Shown: positions 40,145-50,572, numbered from the stretch's first letter. The stretch is DNA of 64,000 nt from Treponemataceae bacterium (GCA_963678065.2 CAXXVZ010000002.1:320001-384000); one strand, 5' to 3'. Notes: generated by a model from the letters alone, not told the origin. Translations and numbers: made by a program.

Positions 40145-42688
40145 TCAGCCGCCCACAGTAAAGTAGAAGGTCGCGCCCGCGCCTGGAGCGGCTTCGGGCC
40201 AGATCCGGCCGCCATGTCGTGTCACGATCCGGTGCACGGTGACAAGCCCTATCCCCGTCCCCGGGAATTCCGCCGTGCCGTGCAGGCGCTGGAATGGCGT
40301 GAACAGTCTGTCTGCATAGGCCATGTCGAAGCCGACGCCGTTGTCCCTCACGAAAAACACGGTCTCATGCGGCAACCCGGTCGTCACGCCGCCACGTTGC
40401 TGTCCCGCGTGATCGAAGGCCGGCTCGAGGCCGGTGGGCGCACGCGCGAGGCCGACTTCGATCACGGCGCCCTCTTGTTTGCCAGAGTATTTCCACGCAT
40501 TCCCGAGCAGGTTTTCCATCATGATCTCGAGAAGTTGCGGATCGCCCTCCGCCATCAGACCGGAAGCGATGTCGAAATGAACATTCCGTTCCGGATGCTC
40601 GGCGCGCAGGTCCCCGGCGATCTTCCGCGCGAGTGAACTCAGGTCCACAGAGGCGCGTGTCAGAGTTACCCGCGTCACGCGCGAAAGGCCGAGCAGATCG
40701 TTGATGAGCTGTCCCATCCTCTGCGTCGAATCCATGATCCGGTCAAGGTAGTGCTTCCCCTGTTCGTCGAGGACGGATGAGTAAGCTCGGGCGAGGGCGG
40801 AGGCGAAGCCGTTCATGATGCGCAGAGGCGAGCGCAAGTCGTGCGAAACCGAGTAGGAGAAGGCTTCCAGCTCCTTGTTGGCCGCCTCGAGCTGGGCGGT
40901 CCGGTCCCGCACCCGCTCTTCGAGCCCGGCGTTCAGTTTCTTTATCTCCCTCTCCGCAGCTTTCTGATCCTCGATCAGGCTGAGCAGGACCAGGCGGGAC
41001 CGATCGGCCTCTTCGAGAAGGCGGCGCAATTCGGCGTGCGCTTCGACGAGCTTCTGTTCCGCTACCTTTCGCTCGGTGATATTGATGGACAGTGCAAGGA
41101 CCTGCTCCACGATCCCGTCGGGTCCGTAGAGGGGAGCTGCCTGGATGAGGAAGGTCTCGCCCTTGTAGCCGCTCTCATAGCGGACGGATTCACCGGCAAG
41201 AACACGCCTGTACTGGCCGGCGACGAAATCCGCCGTGCCGGGGTCGAGGGTGTCGTATATACTCTTTCCGACGCGTGTCTCCTCGCCGGAATCGAAGACA
41301 AAGCGAAAATCCCTGTCCATGATGTGGATGATGCCGAGGGGAAGATTGTGCACGATGACCTTGTACCGCTCTTCGCTGCGGCGGAGAGCTTCCTCGACGG
41401 ATTTGATGCGAGTGATGTCGACGTGGCATCCGAGAAGGCGGAGAGCCGCACCGTCGGGGCCGATCAGAGTCTTGCCGCGGCCGAGTATCCAGCGCCAGGA
41501 ACCGTCCCTGTGGCGGAGCCTGTACTCGATTTCGTATTTGTCTTTCCGGCCTTCGACGCATTCCGCGGAGGCTTTCAGGGTCGCGTCCTTGTCTTCAGGA
41601 TGGATGCTCTGGTCCCAGAAGGTGTTTTCGGGCGGCATTTCTCCGGGTTCGTATCCGAGCTGGCGCTCGTATTCGGGCGAGCGGAGGACGAGGCCCGTCG
41701 CGATGTCGTAATCGTAAAAACCGATGTTCGAGGCCGCGATCGCCAATCCCAGTCTCTCCCTGTTCTCTTCGAGCTCGCGGCCCTGGGCCACGACCTTCCG
41801 GGACAACGCGCTCTGGCGCATGAACACGCGATATGCGGCGAAGCCCAGGATGGCCGAAACGAGAAATCCGGAAAGAGAATAGAGAACAAGCCTGGAACGT
41901 ATCGGCCGGAGCCACCCTTCGACGGGCGCTCCCGACAATATCCAGGTTTTTCCGGGCAACGCGATCCGGTACAGAACCGGATCTCCGGAACTCACTGCGG
42001 CTTCTCCGGCGAAAACACGCCCCTTCGAATCGGAAATCGAAAAGCGGAGGTCAGGGAAACCCATTCCAAGTCCCGGGATGGAGAGCAGCCCATCGAGGTC
42101 GAGAACGACCACTGCCATCCCCCACAATCCGCCGTTTCGGTAGATGGCAAGCCGAAAAACCGCGCCCCTCCCTCCCTGACGCAACTCATAGGGATCGCTC
42201 AGGTAGGGTTTCTTGCTCTCGAGAGTCCGTGCGAGGTCCTCTTTCACTTCGGGGCGATCATCCGCAAGCAGGGTCTTAAACGAGCGAGACATCACGGCTT
42301 CGTTGCCTTGCGCCGGACAGACGAGTTCGGGGCCGAGAGGGGGAAAAACCTGGAGAGCTCTCACGACGGGATCATTGGCGTGCATGGCCTCCGCATACGT
42401 GGTAAATTCATGGTGCAGCGAATTCTGATCCGGATGAAGGGCGGTGATCGCGGCCAATCCCGTCAACAGTGATTCTCTCCGGTTGACCGCGTTCGTCAGG
42501 GAAAGGCCTATGATGCTGAGCTTCTGCTGAACGATCGTCCTGCTCTCTTTCAGCATGAGTCGTCCCCGGGAGATTGTGGCGATGACCGAGATGGCGAGAA
42601 CGAGAACGAAAACCACGGCCCCCGCGGCGAGAGGCGTACGGGATTTCAGACCGGCGCCCGGTTTCTCCGACGCGTCGCGGTCAGTCAT
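40145..42688 (-). CDS. CHASE-PAS-PAS sensor histidine kinase
   Basis: Two TMs flanking PYELRQGG..WG CHASE-like domain; IHPED..EYRLRHRDGSWRW PAS; SHDLRSPL. Confidence 0.88.
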   Translation of the reverse strand: MTDRDASEKPGAGLKSRTPLAAGAVVFVLVLAISVIATISRGRLMLKESRTIVQQKLSIIGLSLTNAVNRRESLLTGLAAITALHPDQNSLHHEFTTYAEAMHANDPVVRALQVFPPLGPELVCPAQGNEAVMSRSFKTLLADDRPEVKEDLARTLESKKPYLSDPYELRQGGRGAVFRLAIYRNGGLWGMAVVVLDLDGLLSIPGLGMGFPDLRFSISDSKGRVFAGEAAVSSGDPVLYRIALPGKTWILSGAPVEGWLRPIRSRLVLYSLSGFLVSAILGFAAYRVFMRQSALSRKVVAQGRELEENRERLGLAIAASNIGFYDYDIATGLVLRSPEYERQLGYEPGEMPPENTFWDQSIHPEDKDATLKASAECVEGRKDKYEIEYRLRHRDGSWRWILGRGKTLIGPDGAALRLLGCHVDITRIKSVEEALRRSEERYKVIVHNLPLGIIHIMDRDFRFVFDSGEETRVGKSIYDTLDPGTADFVAGQYRRVLAGESVRYESGYKGETFLIQAAPLYGPDGIVEQVLALSINITERKVAEQKLVEAHAELRRLLEEADRSRLVLLSLIEDQKAAEREIKKLNAGLEERVRDRTAQLEAANKELEAFSYSVSHDLRSPLRIMNGFASALARAYSSVLDEQGKHYLDRIMDSTQRMGQLINDLLGLSRVTRVTLTRASVDLSSLARKIAGDLRAEHPERNVHFDIASGLMAEGDPQLLEIMMENLLGNAWKYSGKQEGAVIEVGLARAPTGLEPAFDHAGQQRGGVTTGLPHETVFFVRDNGVGFDMAYADRLFTPFQRLHGTAEFPGTGIGLVTVHRIVTRHGGRIWPEAAPGAGATFYFTVGG

Positions 42689-44019
42689 GTCTCGTTTCCC
42701 GCGGGCGTCGTGGCTGTTTCATATCTGACCTTCTGCTTCGACGCCTCCAGAAGGGCGTTGACCTCCCCTTTCAGCTCCAGAATCCTGCTTTCCCTCCCGA
42801 GCGTCACCGCCTGCCATCGCTTGAGCTCTTCGAGCTGGCTTTCCATCCTCTTCTGGAATTCCCTCCGTTCGGTGATGTCGAAGCAGTAGCCGATGTAGCC
42901 GCGGAAATCGCCCTGCGTCCCCGTCATGGGCCTCCCGATATCGAGGATCCAGCGGTACTCCCCCGCGGCGTTCCTGAGCCTGTATTCCATCTCGAAGCGT
43001 CCGCGCGCATGGAATGCGTCGAGATAGGTGTGCACGCAGCGGTCCAGGTCATCGCGATGCACTCCCTCGGTCCAGCCCTCGCCCGACTCCTCCTCCATGG
43101 TCCGCCCCGTGAACTCGAGCCAGGCGGAGTTGAACCAGTCGCACTTCGCGTCGATCCCCGCGCGCCAGATCAGGGCAGGCGCGTACTTGAGGACCTGGAG
43201 GTAGAAATCGCGCGCTTCCTGCAATACGCGGTTCGCCTCCTTCCTCTCGGTGATGTCGCGGATAATGACGCAGGTGAACACTTCTCCCCTGTACGAATAG
43301 GTCGAGATGTTCATCTCCGCGTCGAAGCGGGAGCCATCCTTCCTCAATCCGATGGATTCGTGCCGGGAAGGGACGGCCTCGCCCCCCAATCGTCTGTCGG
43401 TGTAATCCAGGAGAACCGGGTGGGCCTCGGGCGCGTGCAGCTCCAGGATGGGGCGCCCGACGAGCTCGGCCAGGTCGGCATACCCGAAAAGCCTGACGTA
43501 GGCCTGGTTCATGTACAGGAGTATGCCGGCTCTGGAAACGCCGATCGCGTCGGCCGATGCGTCGAATACCGCCTTGAACTTCAGCTCGCTTTCGTTCAGG
43601 GCCTCTTCCGCCCGCTTGATCCGCGCGAAGGCGTTGATCCGCGCGAGCAGTTCCCTGTCGGGCAGGGGGCGGATGATGTAGCCGTCAGCCCCGCTCTCGA
43701 GGCCCTCCGCCAGATCCCCGGAGCCCGGCGTACAGTTCGACATGAGGATGACGAGACAATCCGCCGTGGCGGGGTCATCCTTTATTTCCGCACATACAGC
43801 GCGTCCGTCGCCGTCGGACAAGGTCGCGGCGAGGAGGACTATGTCGGGGTTTTCGCCGCGGACCATGGCGAGTCCCGGAACCGCCCCCGCGGCCCCGAGA
43901 ACCTTGAATCCGGCCGATTCGAGAAGACGCGTCGTGGCCGCGAGGATTTCCGGGCTATCGTCCACGACGAGAATTTTGGTCTGCTGAAAAGCCGTCGCGC
44001 CAATTCCGGACTCGATCAT
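42685..44019 (-). CDS. REC(degenerate)-PAS-PAS protein without output domain
   Basis: ILVVDD receiver; two PAS/PAC domains (RKDGS, VHRDD..EYRLR); C-terminal coiled coil GRESRILELKGEVN. Confidence 0.85.
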   Translation of the reverse strand: MIESGIGATAFQQTKILVVDDSPEILAATTRLLESAGFKVLGAAGAVPGLAMVRGENPDIVLLAATLSDGDGRAVCAEIKDDPATADCLVILMSNCTPGSGDLAEGLESGADGYIIRPLPDRELLARINAFARIKRAEEALNESELKFKAVFDASADAIGVSRAGILLYMNQAYVRLFGYADLAELVGRPILELHAPEAHPVLLDYTDRRLGGEAVPSRHESIGLRKDGSRFDAEMNISTYSYRGEVFTCVIIRDITERKEANRVLQEARDFYLQVLKYAPALIWRAGIDAKCDWFNSAWLEFTGRTMEEESGEGWTEGVHRDDLDRCVHTYLDAFHARGRFEMEYRLRNAAGEYRWILDIGRPMTGTQGDFRGYIGYCFDITERREFQKRMESQLEELKRWQAVTLGRESRILELKGEVNALLEASKQKVRYETATTPAGNET

Positions 44020-44303
44020 TTCTGAGACCTCCCCGGCATCGCTCTATCGCGATCCGCCTCAGTCATCTGGGGAAATTCAGGATCCGGCAACGCAGAGCAG
44101 GCGAAATGAGTGGGAACGACGTCGGCGCAGATTACGGCGAAGTCGCTCCCGGATTCAGGCGCCGCCAGAATCCGCTTTTTCAGTGTAATGCATCCAGTGG
44201 GTGGGCGCAATGCAGATGCCGGAATCCGGCGGGAACCGGAGATTTGCGGCCCGGTTCGGGGCGTGGAAGATCGATGACTCTCAGGTGGCTCTCAGAAGGA
44301 AGC

Positions 44304-45332
44304 TCAGAAAAGGTGGAGAAGCGCCGACAATACCGGGACCGTCACGACGAGCAGAGAATTGGAGACGAGCCACAGCCGGTTGGCAAACTCGACATCGAGG
44401 CCGTACAGAGCGGGAGGGACGACCCCGAGAAAGCCTATCGGCATGGAAGACAGAACGAGGACAGTCTTGAGGCCGATGGCGCTCTCTGTCCGCCCGAGCC
44501 CGAGGAGGGCGCCGAGGCAGAGCGCGAAAGCCGGCAGAAGCACCTGCCTCGTCGAGATGAGAAGAGTGACCGTGCGCGGATTTTCGAACAGATTTCCGAT
44601 CTTCATGCGCATGCCGATGGTGAAGAGGACGATCCATGAAGCGAGGGGAATGAGGACCGAGTTGAGCTCCGGATAGAATGGGGGACGCCGGGCGCCAGCG
44701 AGGTTGAGGATGAGGCCCGCGGACACTGAGCCTAAGGAAATCAGGATGAAGGGATCCGTCGCCACCCGCCTGAGGATTTCCCACCGGCTGTCCCTCCGGG
44801 GCGCGGGCGCACTGGTGCCACCTGGCACCGCCCGCCCTGTCTCTGCGGCGCGGACTTTTTCACCGTAGCGCTTCGCCGTCGGGAAGAGCACCGAATAGTA
44901 CCAGGTTTCCTCGAAAAGCTTGTAGAAGGGCACGAGGGCAAACCCCGCCTCGCCCGCTAGGACAAAGATGATGAGCCCTCCGATGCTGCCGATGTTCGTG
45001 AAGGACGAGGAAGGGATGTAGACGCCCGCACGTTCCGGAGGCAGACCAAGCAGCCTGTTTCCCGCGAGACCGAGGAGGGCGCCGAACATCAAGGTCGAGA
45101 GCCCCACCACCGGAAGGGCGAGGAGGCTCGCGTCGGAGAGATCGAGGGCCCAGACAGCGCCGACAAAGGCGATGGGGTTGATGACGAGGAGAGCGAGCCA
45201 CTGGAGCCGCACCCGCAGGGTTTCGGCCCCCTTTCTGAAGAAGGCGAGCGGTCCCGCCAGCAGGCGGTTGAACAGGAATCCAGAGGCAAGACCGGTGGCG
45301 ATCACGGCGAAGGAGAACAGGAATTTGGACAC
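44304..45332 (-). CDS. AEC (auxin efflux carrier) family transporter
   Basis: About 10 TMs; FTNIGSIGG and SSMP crossover motifs; GTG start. Confidence 0.75.
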   Translation of the reverse strand: MSKFLFSFAVIATGLASGFLFNRLLAGPLAFFRKGAETLRVRLQWLALLVINPIAFVGAVWALDLSDASLLALPVVGLSTLMFGALLGLAGNRLLGLPPERAGVYIPSSSFTNIGSIGGLIIFVLAGEAGFALVPFYKLFEETWYYSVLFPTAKRYGEKVRAAETGRAVPGGTSAPAPRRDSRWEILRRVATDPFILISLGSVSAGLILNLAGARRPPFYPELNSVLIPLASWIVLFTIGMRMKIGNLFENPRTVTLLISTRQVLLPAFALCLGALLGLGRTESAIGLKTVLVLSSMPIGFLGVVPPALYGLDVEFANRLWLVSNSLLVVTVPVLSALLHLF

Positions 45333-45347
45333 CTGACCAGCGCCCCG

Positions 45348-46496
45348 TCAGAAGTGCAGGAGGAAGGTCACATCCCAGAAGAATTTCCGTCCGTCGGAAA
45401 AATATGTCAGATACAGCGGGTCGGCCATGGGGATCTTGTATCCCGCCCTCACGCCGAAATACGCGAAATCGAAAAATCCGATATTCGCGCCGGCGCCTGT
45501 GGAGAAAACCAGGCCGGATTTGTCCGAGAGCGCCCCGGCGCGGTCCAGTCTGGTGTACATGCCGCAATCGCCGAAGGCGTAGACCATGGGGCGGATGCTC
45601 GGAACACCGAAGAGGGCGGGGCCGACGGCGCGGATTTCGGCGCTCATGGCCGCCTTGAGGGGTGATTCGTAACCCCAGTTCTGGTAGCCACGGACGGATT
45701 TGCCGATGCCGTCGCGCAGGAGGCGGCCCCCGAAGGTGGTCAGGACATAGAGCGGGATCTTGTTCCCCATGGCATAGTCGGCCGTCGCCATCCACGCCGC
45801 GTAGACGGAAACGTTCCTGCGTTCGTCCGCCTTGGTGAGAGAAACGAGGGGCAGATACCCTTTGGTCTTGATGTTGGCGCGGACGAAATCCGTTCCGCCG
45901 GCGAAGGCGAGGAGGGTCGGCGCGTACTCCACCGAAAGTTCGCCCGAATAGCCGGATTTCATGCGGGCGGCGTCAGTGAAGGTGCTGTCGGCGCCTATTC
46001 CGGCGATGACCGATCCGGCGACGAGCCCGTTCGCGTCGGGGAAGGTTGTCGTTCCGAGCGAGTTCTGGCTGTTTTCATACCGCATGCGTCCCAGCGTAAA
46101 AATTTCCGTCCTGACACCGGACCCGTCCGGTTCCCGGTCGGTGAAGCGGAGAGAAAGACCGGCATCGGCTTCGACATTGGGATACATGAACCAGTGGATG
46201 TTGTCCGGACTGGCGGGCTTCGCTATCGGTGCGCCCGTGACGGCATCCCTCAGTATGAGCCTGTCTTCGTAGCCGGCCGCGCCCCGAAACGTGAAAAACA
46301 GGCCCGTACCCGTAAGAGGAATATTGACAGTCGCGTCGACGCCGAGAGGAAGGGGTATCCCCGGTATGATGGCGCTATTCAGTTTGAGCCCGTTGACGAC
46401 GAAATCGACCCCATCCGCGGCGACAATCGCCGGCACGAGCAGCGACAGCGAGAGGACAAGCATCGCGAACGAACGATACCCCGATTGCCTTTTCAT
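45348..46496 (-). CDS. putative outer-membrane beta-barrel protein (Omp85-like)
   Basis: Signal peptide; alternating beta-strand pattern; SVRGY; YAFGD.G; C-terminal Phe; AAGGAG SD. Confidence 0.65.
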   Translation of the reverse strand: MKRQSGYRSFAMLVLSLSLLVPAIVAADGVDFVVNGLKLNSAIIPGIPLPLGVDATVNIPLTGTGLFFTFRGAAGYEDRLILRDAVTGAPIAKPASPDNIHWFMYPNVEADAGLSLRFTDREPDGSGVRTEIFTLGRMRYENSQNSLGTTTFPDANGLVAGSVIAGIGADSTFTDAARMKSGYSGELSVEYAPTLLAFAGGTDFVRANIKTKGYLPLVSLTKADERRNVSVYAAWMATADYAMGNKIPLYVLTTFGGRLLRDGIGKSVRGYQNWGYESPLKAAMSAEIRAVGPALFGVPSIRPMVYAFGDCGMYTRLDRAGALSDKSGLVFSTGAGANIGFFDFAYFGVRAGYKIPMADPLYLTYFSDGRKFFWDVTFLLHF

Positions 46497-46658
46497 GATG
46501 ACTCCTTCGCCCCGGCGGGACGGATCAGACGGTGACTTGCAAGGCGATGATAATCCATGGGGGAGCCTTCTTCAACCAGCGCCGCCGAGCTTGAACCTCC
46601 TGACCGACCGTCCTATACTTCCCCCATTCCGAATCCAACTATAAACCGGAGGAGTCCA

Positions 46659-47909
46659 ATGAATCCCGATGCGGGCCAGAAACGCGTGCTCGTGCTGAAC
46701 TCAGGCAGTTCTTCGCTGAAATATGAAGTCTTCGCCATGCCGGGACGGGAGAGCCTCGGCCGTGGCTCCGTGGAACGCATAGGGGAAGCCGCGGCCATCC
46801 TCGCCCAGAGTTCGCCCAAAGGAACAGTCCGCATCGAAGAACCCATGCCGGACCACGCCCACGCCATGTCCAGGGTCAAGACCGCGCTCACCGATCCCAA
46901 GTATGGCATTCTGACCGACATCCGCGAGATCGACGCGGTCGGACACCGGGTCGTCCACGGCGGCGAGCAGTTCTCCTCTTCCGTCATCATCGACGCCGCC
47001 GTCCTCGAGGCGATCGAAAAAAACATCGAAATCGCCCCCCTGCACAACCCCGCCAACCTGACAGGCATCCGTGAATCCATGAACATGCTGCCGGGCCTGC
47101 CCAATGTGGCCGTCTTCGACACCGCCTTCCACCAGACCATGCCCTCGTACGCCTACATGTACGGACTGCCGCGCGAACTCTACGACAAATACCGGATCAG
47201 GCGCTACGGCTTCCACGGCACGAGCCACCGCTACGTGGCTAACCGCGCCTACACCATAATGAAACGCAGTCCGGAGAATACCAACCTCATCACCTGCCAC
47301 CTCGGAAACGGCGCATCCATCACGGCCATCGAAAACGGCAAGTCCATCGACACTTCGATGGGCTTCACCCCCCTCGAAGGCCTCATGATGGGCACCCGCT
47401 CGGGCGACATGGATCCAGCCATACTCGGCTTCCTGGAGGAACGCGGCTACAGCGCCAAACAGCTCTCAACCATGATCCAGAAGAAGTCGGGCCTCATCGG
47501 CCTCTCCGGCATCTCCAACGACCTGCGCGACCTCGAGGGAGCCTTCGATCTCGGCAACACCAACGCCATCGAAGCGCTGGAAGTCTACGCCCACCGCGTG
47601 CGCAAGTACATCGGCGCCTACGCCGCCGAGCTCTTCAAGGTCGACGGCATCGTCTTCACGGGAGGAATCGGTCAGCACGGCGTCCGGATGCGCGAACGCA
47701 TCTGCCACCGGCTCGAGAACATCGGCATCGTCATGGATTACAAAAAAAACGAGAGCAACGGCAGCCGCGAAAGCATCGTCTCCACTCCCTACTCGCCGAC
47801 GACCATCATGGTCATCCCGACAAACGAGGAACTCCAGATCGCGATCGACAGCTACGAGCTTCTCGGCGACGAGCCGACGAAAACGCCTTCGCTTGCTCCG
47901 TCGAGGTGA
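46659..47909 (+). CDS. ackA: acetate kinase
   Basis: LNSGSSSLK, GHRVVHGG, APLHNP, FDTAFH, YGFHGTSH, HLGNGAS, TNEEL; GGAGGAG SD. Confidence 0.97.
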   Translation: MNPDAGQKRVLVLNSGSSSLKYEVFAMPGRESLGRGSVERIGEAAAILAQSSPKGTVRIEEPMPDHAHAMSRVKTALTDPKYGILTDIREIDAVGHRVVHGGEQFSSSVIIDAAVLEAIEKNIEIAPLHNPANLTGIRESMNMLPGLPNVAVFDTAFHQTMPSYAYMYGLPRELYDKYRIRRYGFHGTSHRYVANRAYTIMKRSPENTNLITCHLGNGASITAIENGKSIDTSMGFTPLEGLMMGTRSGDMDPAILGFLEERGYSAKQLSTMIQKKSGLIGLSGISNDLRDLEGAFDLGNTNAIEALEVYAHRVRKYIGAYAAELFKVDGIVFTGGIGQHGVRMRERICHRLENIGIVMDYKKNESNGSRESIVSTPYSPTTIMVIPTNEELQIAIDSYELLGDEPTKTPSLAPSR

Positions 47910-47924
47910 CGGATAACTTTCGCC

Positions 47925-47960
47925 TCGGCGAGTGATGCCGGGAGGGCCATCACTCGCCGA
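47925..47960. terminator. hairpin between convergent ackA and the P-type ATPase
   Basis: 13-bp perfect stem TCGGCGAGTGATG / CATCACTCGCCGA overlapping the ATPase stop codon. Confidence 0.6.
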
Positions 47961-50454
47961 CACGCCATCTGATCATCGCGACCTTCAGTGTGTCGTTCAC
48001 GATCAGGCACGAGACCATCGCATAGCCGAAAATCGCGAGCGTCTGCCACCAAGGCAATGACACGAATCCGGGGATTCCTGCCAATGTCAGGAGAGTGCCT
48101 ATGATCGCATCTGCCATGAGGGCTGCCACGAGGGTCCTGCCGGGCATCGTCGCCCAGAACCGGCGCCGCTCCCGCGCGGACACGATGGAGAATATGGCAA
48201 AGTAGAGCAGCGTCAAAAAGCTGAAGGAGTAGAGTGCGTCGTTGTTGGTCGCCAAACCGAAATGCGACCAGCCAATCCACAGGAGGAAGAGTGCCTCCAC
48301 AACCATCGCGATGCCCAGCACGACGGATACAGTGATGAATCCCCCGATGTTCCATGTCTCCGGTTTCCTGGACGGCCGGACATGGTCGGTAGCCAGAGCT
48401 ATCTTCGCGAAGTCCGCCATGAAGACCAAGAGCAGCATCGCGAAGGCGGAGACGACGAACTTGCCGGTGACGACGAAGGCGATGGCCACAAAGGCGGATT
48501 TCAGGATCGTCCGGCTGATCTTGTTGATGACCCATGTCAGAATGCGCTGATATATCGTTCGCCCCTGCTCGACGAGCGCCACGATATTCGTGAGTCCGGG
48601 TTCGGTCAGGACGACGCTCGCGGCGCCTTTGGCGACATCGGTCGCGGTCGAGACGGCAATGCCGACCTCGGCCTGGCGGAGCGCGGGAGCATCGTTGATG
48701 CCGTCGCCCGTCATCCCCGTCACATGCCCGGCAGCCTGCAGATGCTGCACCACGATGTATTTGTCCTCCGGATACACTTCGGCAAAACCATCGGCGCCCG
48801 CGAGCAGGTCCACAGCTTCGTTGCCGCTCGCTGCACCTGTCCCTGCGCCTGCGGCCTTGAGATCCGCCACGCGCCGGATAAGGGGCAGACCGACTCCGCG
48901 CGCGATTTCGCTCGCGACCGCCAGCGCATCGCCCGTGAGCATTTTCACCGCCACGCCGAGGTTGCGGAGCGTCGCGACGAGCTGAGCGGCCTCCGGCCTC
49001 AGCGGATCATACAAGGTCACCAGTCCGATCAGTGCGGGGGTCCCGATCTCGGGACCTCGCGCAACCGCCAGAGTTCGATAGCCCTTCAATGCCAATTCGC
49101 TGACACTCGCCTCCAGCGCCTCGATCGCCGCGAGCTGGAGTCCGCAGGCCTGGGCTATGGTTCTCAGTGCACCTTTCATCACGAGCATCCGCTGCCCGTT
49201 CTGCTCGACCACAGCTTCCGTCCGCCGGTTCTGTGCATCGAATGGCGCAAAGGAGACGGGTGTCACTACAGGCAAGCCCTCGAAGATGTGCCGTTCCCTC
49301 GCTGCAGCCAGAAAAGCCAGATCGATGGGATCCTGGTTGGCTTCGTGCGACGCGAGCGCGCCGGCAAACAGCACCTCGGATTCCGTGGCGCCTTCCTGCG
49401 GAATCACGCCGGTCACTGCCAGTCTGTTCATTGTGATCGTGCCCGTTTTGTCGACGCAGAGCACATCCATCGTCGCCGCATCCTCCGAAGCGCTGAGCCT
49501 CGTGACCAGCACTCCGCGTTTGGCCAATTCTTTTGCCCCGACAGCCATGCTGACAGTGAACATCACAGGGAGGGCGACCGGAACGGCGCTCATCAACAGG
49601 ACCAGAAGGAGTGGCACCATCTCCAGAAGCGGCACGCCGCGAATCAGGGACAGGACGATCACCACGCCCAGCAGCGAACCGACTATGACGAACAGAGATC
49701 GGACGACCTTGGCCACTACCGCCTCGATGTGGAGTTTCGGACGCGCCTTCTGCACGAGCTCCGTTGTGCGGCCAAAGTACGTCCTGGCTCCCGTCAGCAT
49801 CACCACGCCGTTGCCTTCGCCCCGACGTACGACGGATCCCGACGAGAGCACGTCGCCGGAAGATTTGTCCGCATCCATCGATTCGCCGGTGAGGGCTGAC
49901 TGGTCGATGCCCAACTCTCCGGCAAGTAGTTTCAGGTCGGCCGGGATGATGTCGCCGGGGCGCAGCCGGACAACATCGCCGGGCACCAGATCCCGCGCAG
50001 GAATGATCTGCCACGTCGAATCGCGAAGGACACGCGCACTGACCTGCAGTTTTTTCTGCAGTGTTTCGACTACGCCGGCAGCGCGGTACTCCTGAAAAAA
50101 GCCCAGTACTGCATTGACCACCAATAGTGCGCTCACTACAGCGAGGTCCGAGTATTTCCGCAGGATGATCGACAGGACGATGATCAGTTCGAGCATCCAT
50201 GCCGACACGCCCCAGAACTTGCCCAAAAACATGCGGAGCGGGTGCCCTTTTTGGACAGCGACCTCGTTGTAGCCATGTTCCTTCCGGCGGACCTCCACCT
50301 CGGCGTTCGCGAGGCCGGTCTCGGGATTCACGCCGAGCGCCAGAAGAGTCTCGGGAACCGATATGGAAGCGAGGTCGGGAGCCTTCAACGTTGTCGACAT
50401 TGTCGACCCAGAGCGGAGGATATCCGCCCCCTTTTCCGCTGTGCTCGTCTGCAT
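47950..50454 (-). CDS. plasma-membrane-type proton-efflux P-type ATPase (P3A)
   Basis: DQSALTGES, PVALP, LCVDKTGT, QDPID, MKGA, MLTGD, TGDGINDAP; TM6 Asp in FMAD; start 50454 or 50400. Confidence 0.88.
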   Translation of the reverse strand: MQTSTAEKGADILRSGSTMSTTLKAPDLASISVPETLLALGVNPETGLANAEVEVRRKEHGYNEVAVQKGHPLRMFLGKFWGVSAWMLELIIVLSIILRKYSDLAVVSALLVVNAVLGFFQEYRAAGVVETLQKKLQVSARVLRDSTWQIIPARDLVPGDVVRLRPGDIIPADLKLLAGELGIDQSALTGESMDADKSSGDVLSSGSVVRRGEGNGVVMLTGARTYFGRTTELVQKARPKLHIEAVVAKVVRSLFVIVGSLLGVVIVLSLIRGVPLLEMVPLLLVLLMSAVPVALPVMFTVSMAVGAKELAKRGVLVTRLSASEDAATMDVLCVDKTGTITMNRLAVTGVIPQEGATESEVLFAGALASHEANQDPIDLAFLAAARERHIFEGLPVVTPVSFAPFDAQNRRTEAVVEQNGQRMLVMKGALRTIAQACGLQLAAIEALEASVSELALKGYRTLAVARGPEIGTPALIGLVTLYDPLRPEAAQLVATLRNLGVAVKMLTGDALAVASEIARGVGLPLIRRVADLKAAGAGTGAASGNEAVDLLAGADGFAEVYPEDKYIVVQHLQAAGHVTGMTGDGINDAPALRQAEVGIAVSTATDVAKGAASVVLTEPGLTNIVALVEQGRTIYQRILTWVINKISRTILKSAFVAIAFVVTGKFVVSAFAMLLLVFMADFAKIALATDHVRPSRKPETWNIGGFITVSVVLGIAMVVEALFLLWIGWSHFGLATNNDALYSFSFLTLLYFAIFSIVSARERRRFWATMPGRTLVAALMADAIIGTLLTLAGIPGFVSLPWWQTLAIFGYAMVSCLIVNDTLKVAMIRWRVGE

Positions 50455-50572
50455 GGTGATTGTTCTCCGATTTCCAGTCGTCCCGAATCTTTCCCCGTTT
50501 CAGATTCGCCGGGATAACATGAAGGCAGAGAACCTGATCGCGGGGAGAGATGGGGAAAATTGACGTCGAAAC

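Noticed and set aside
44020..44303. Possible riboswitch (such as c-di-GMP) upstream of the signalling cluster
   Set aside because: No consensus elements recognised by eye; an Infernal/Rfam scan would be needed
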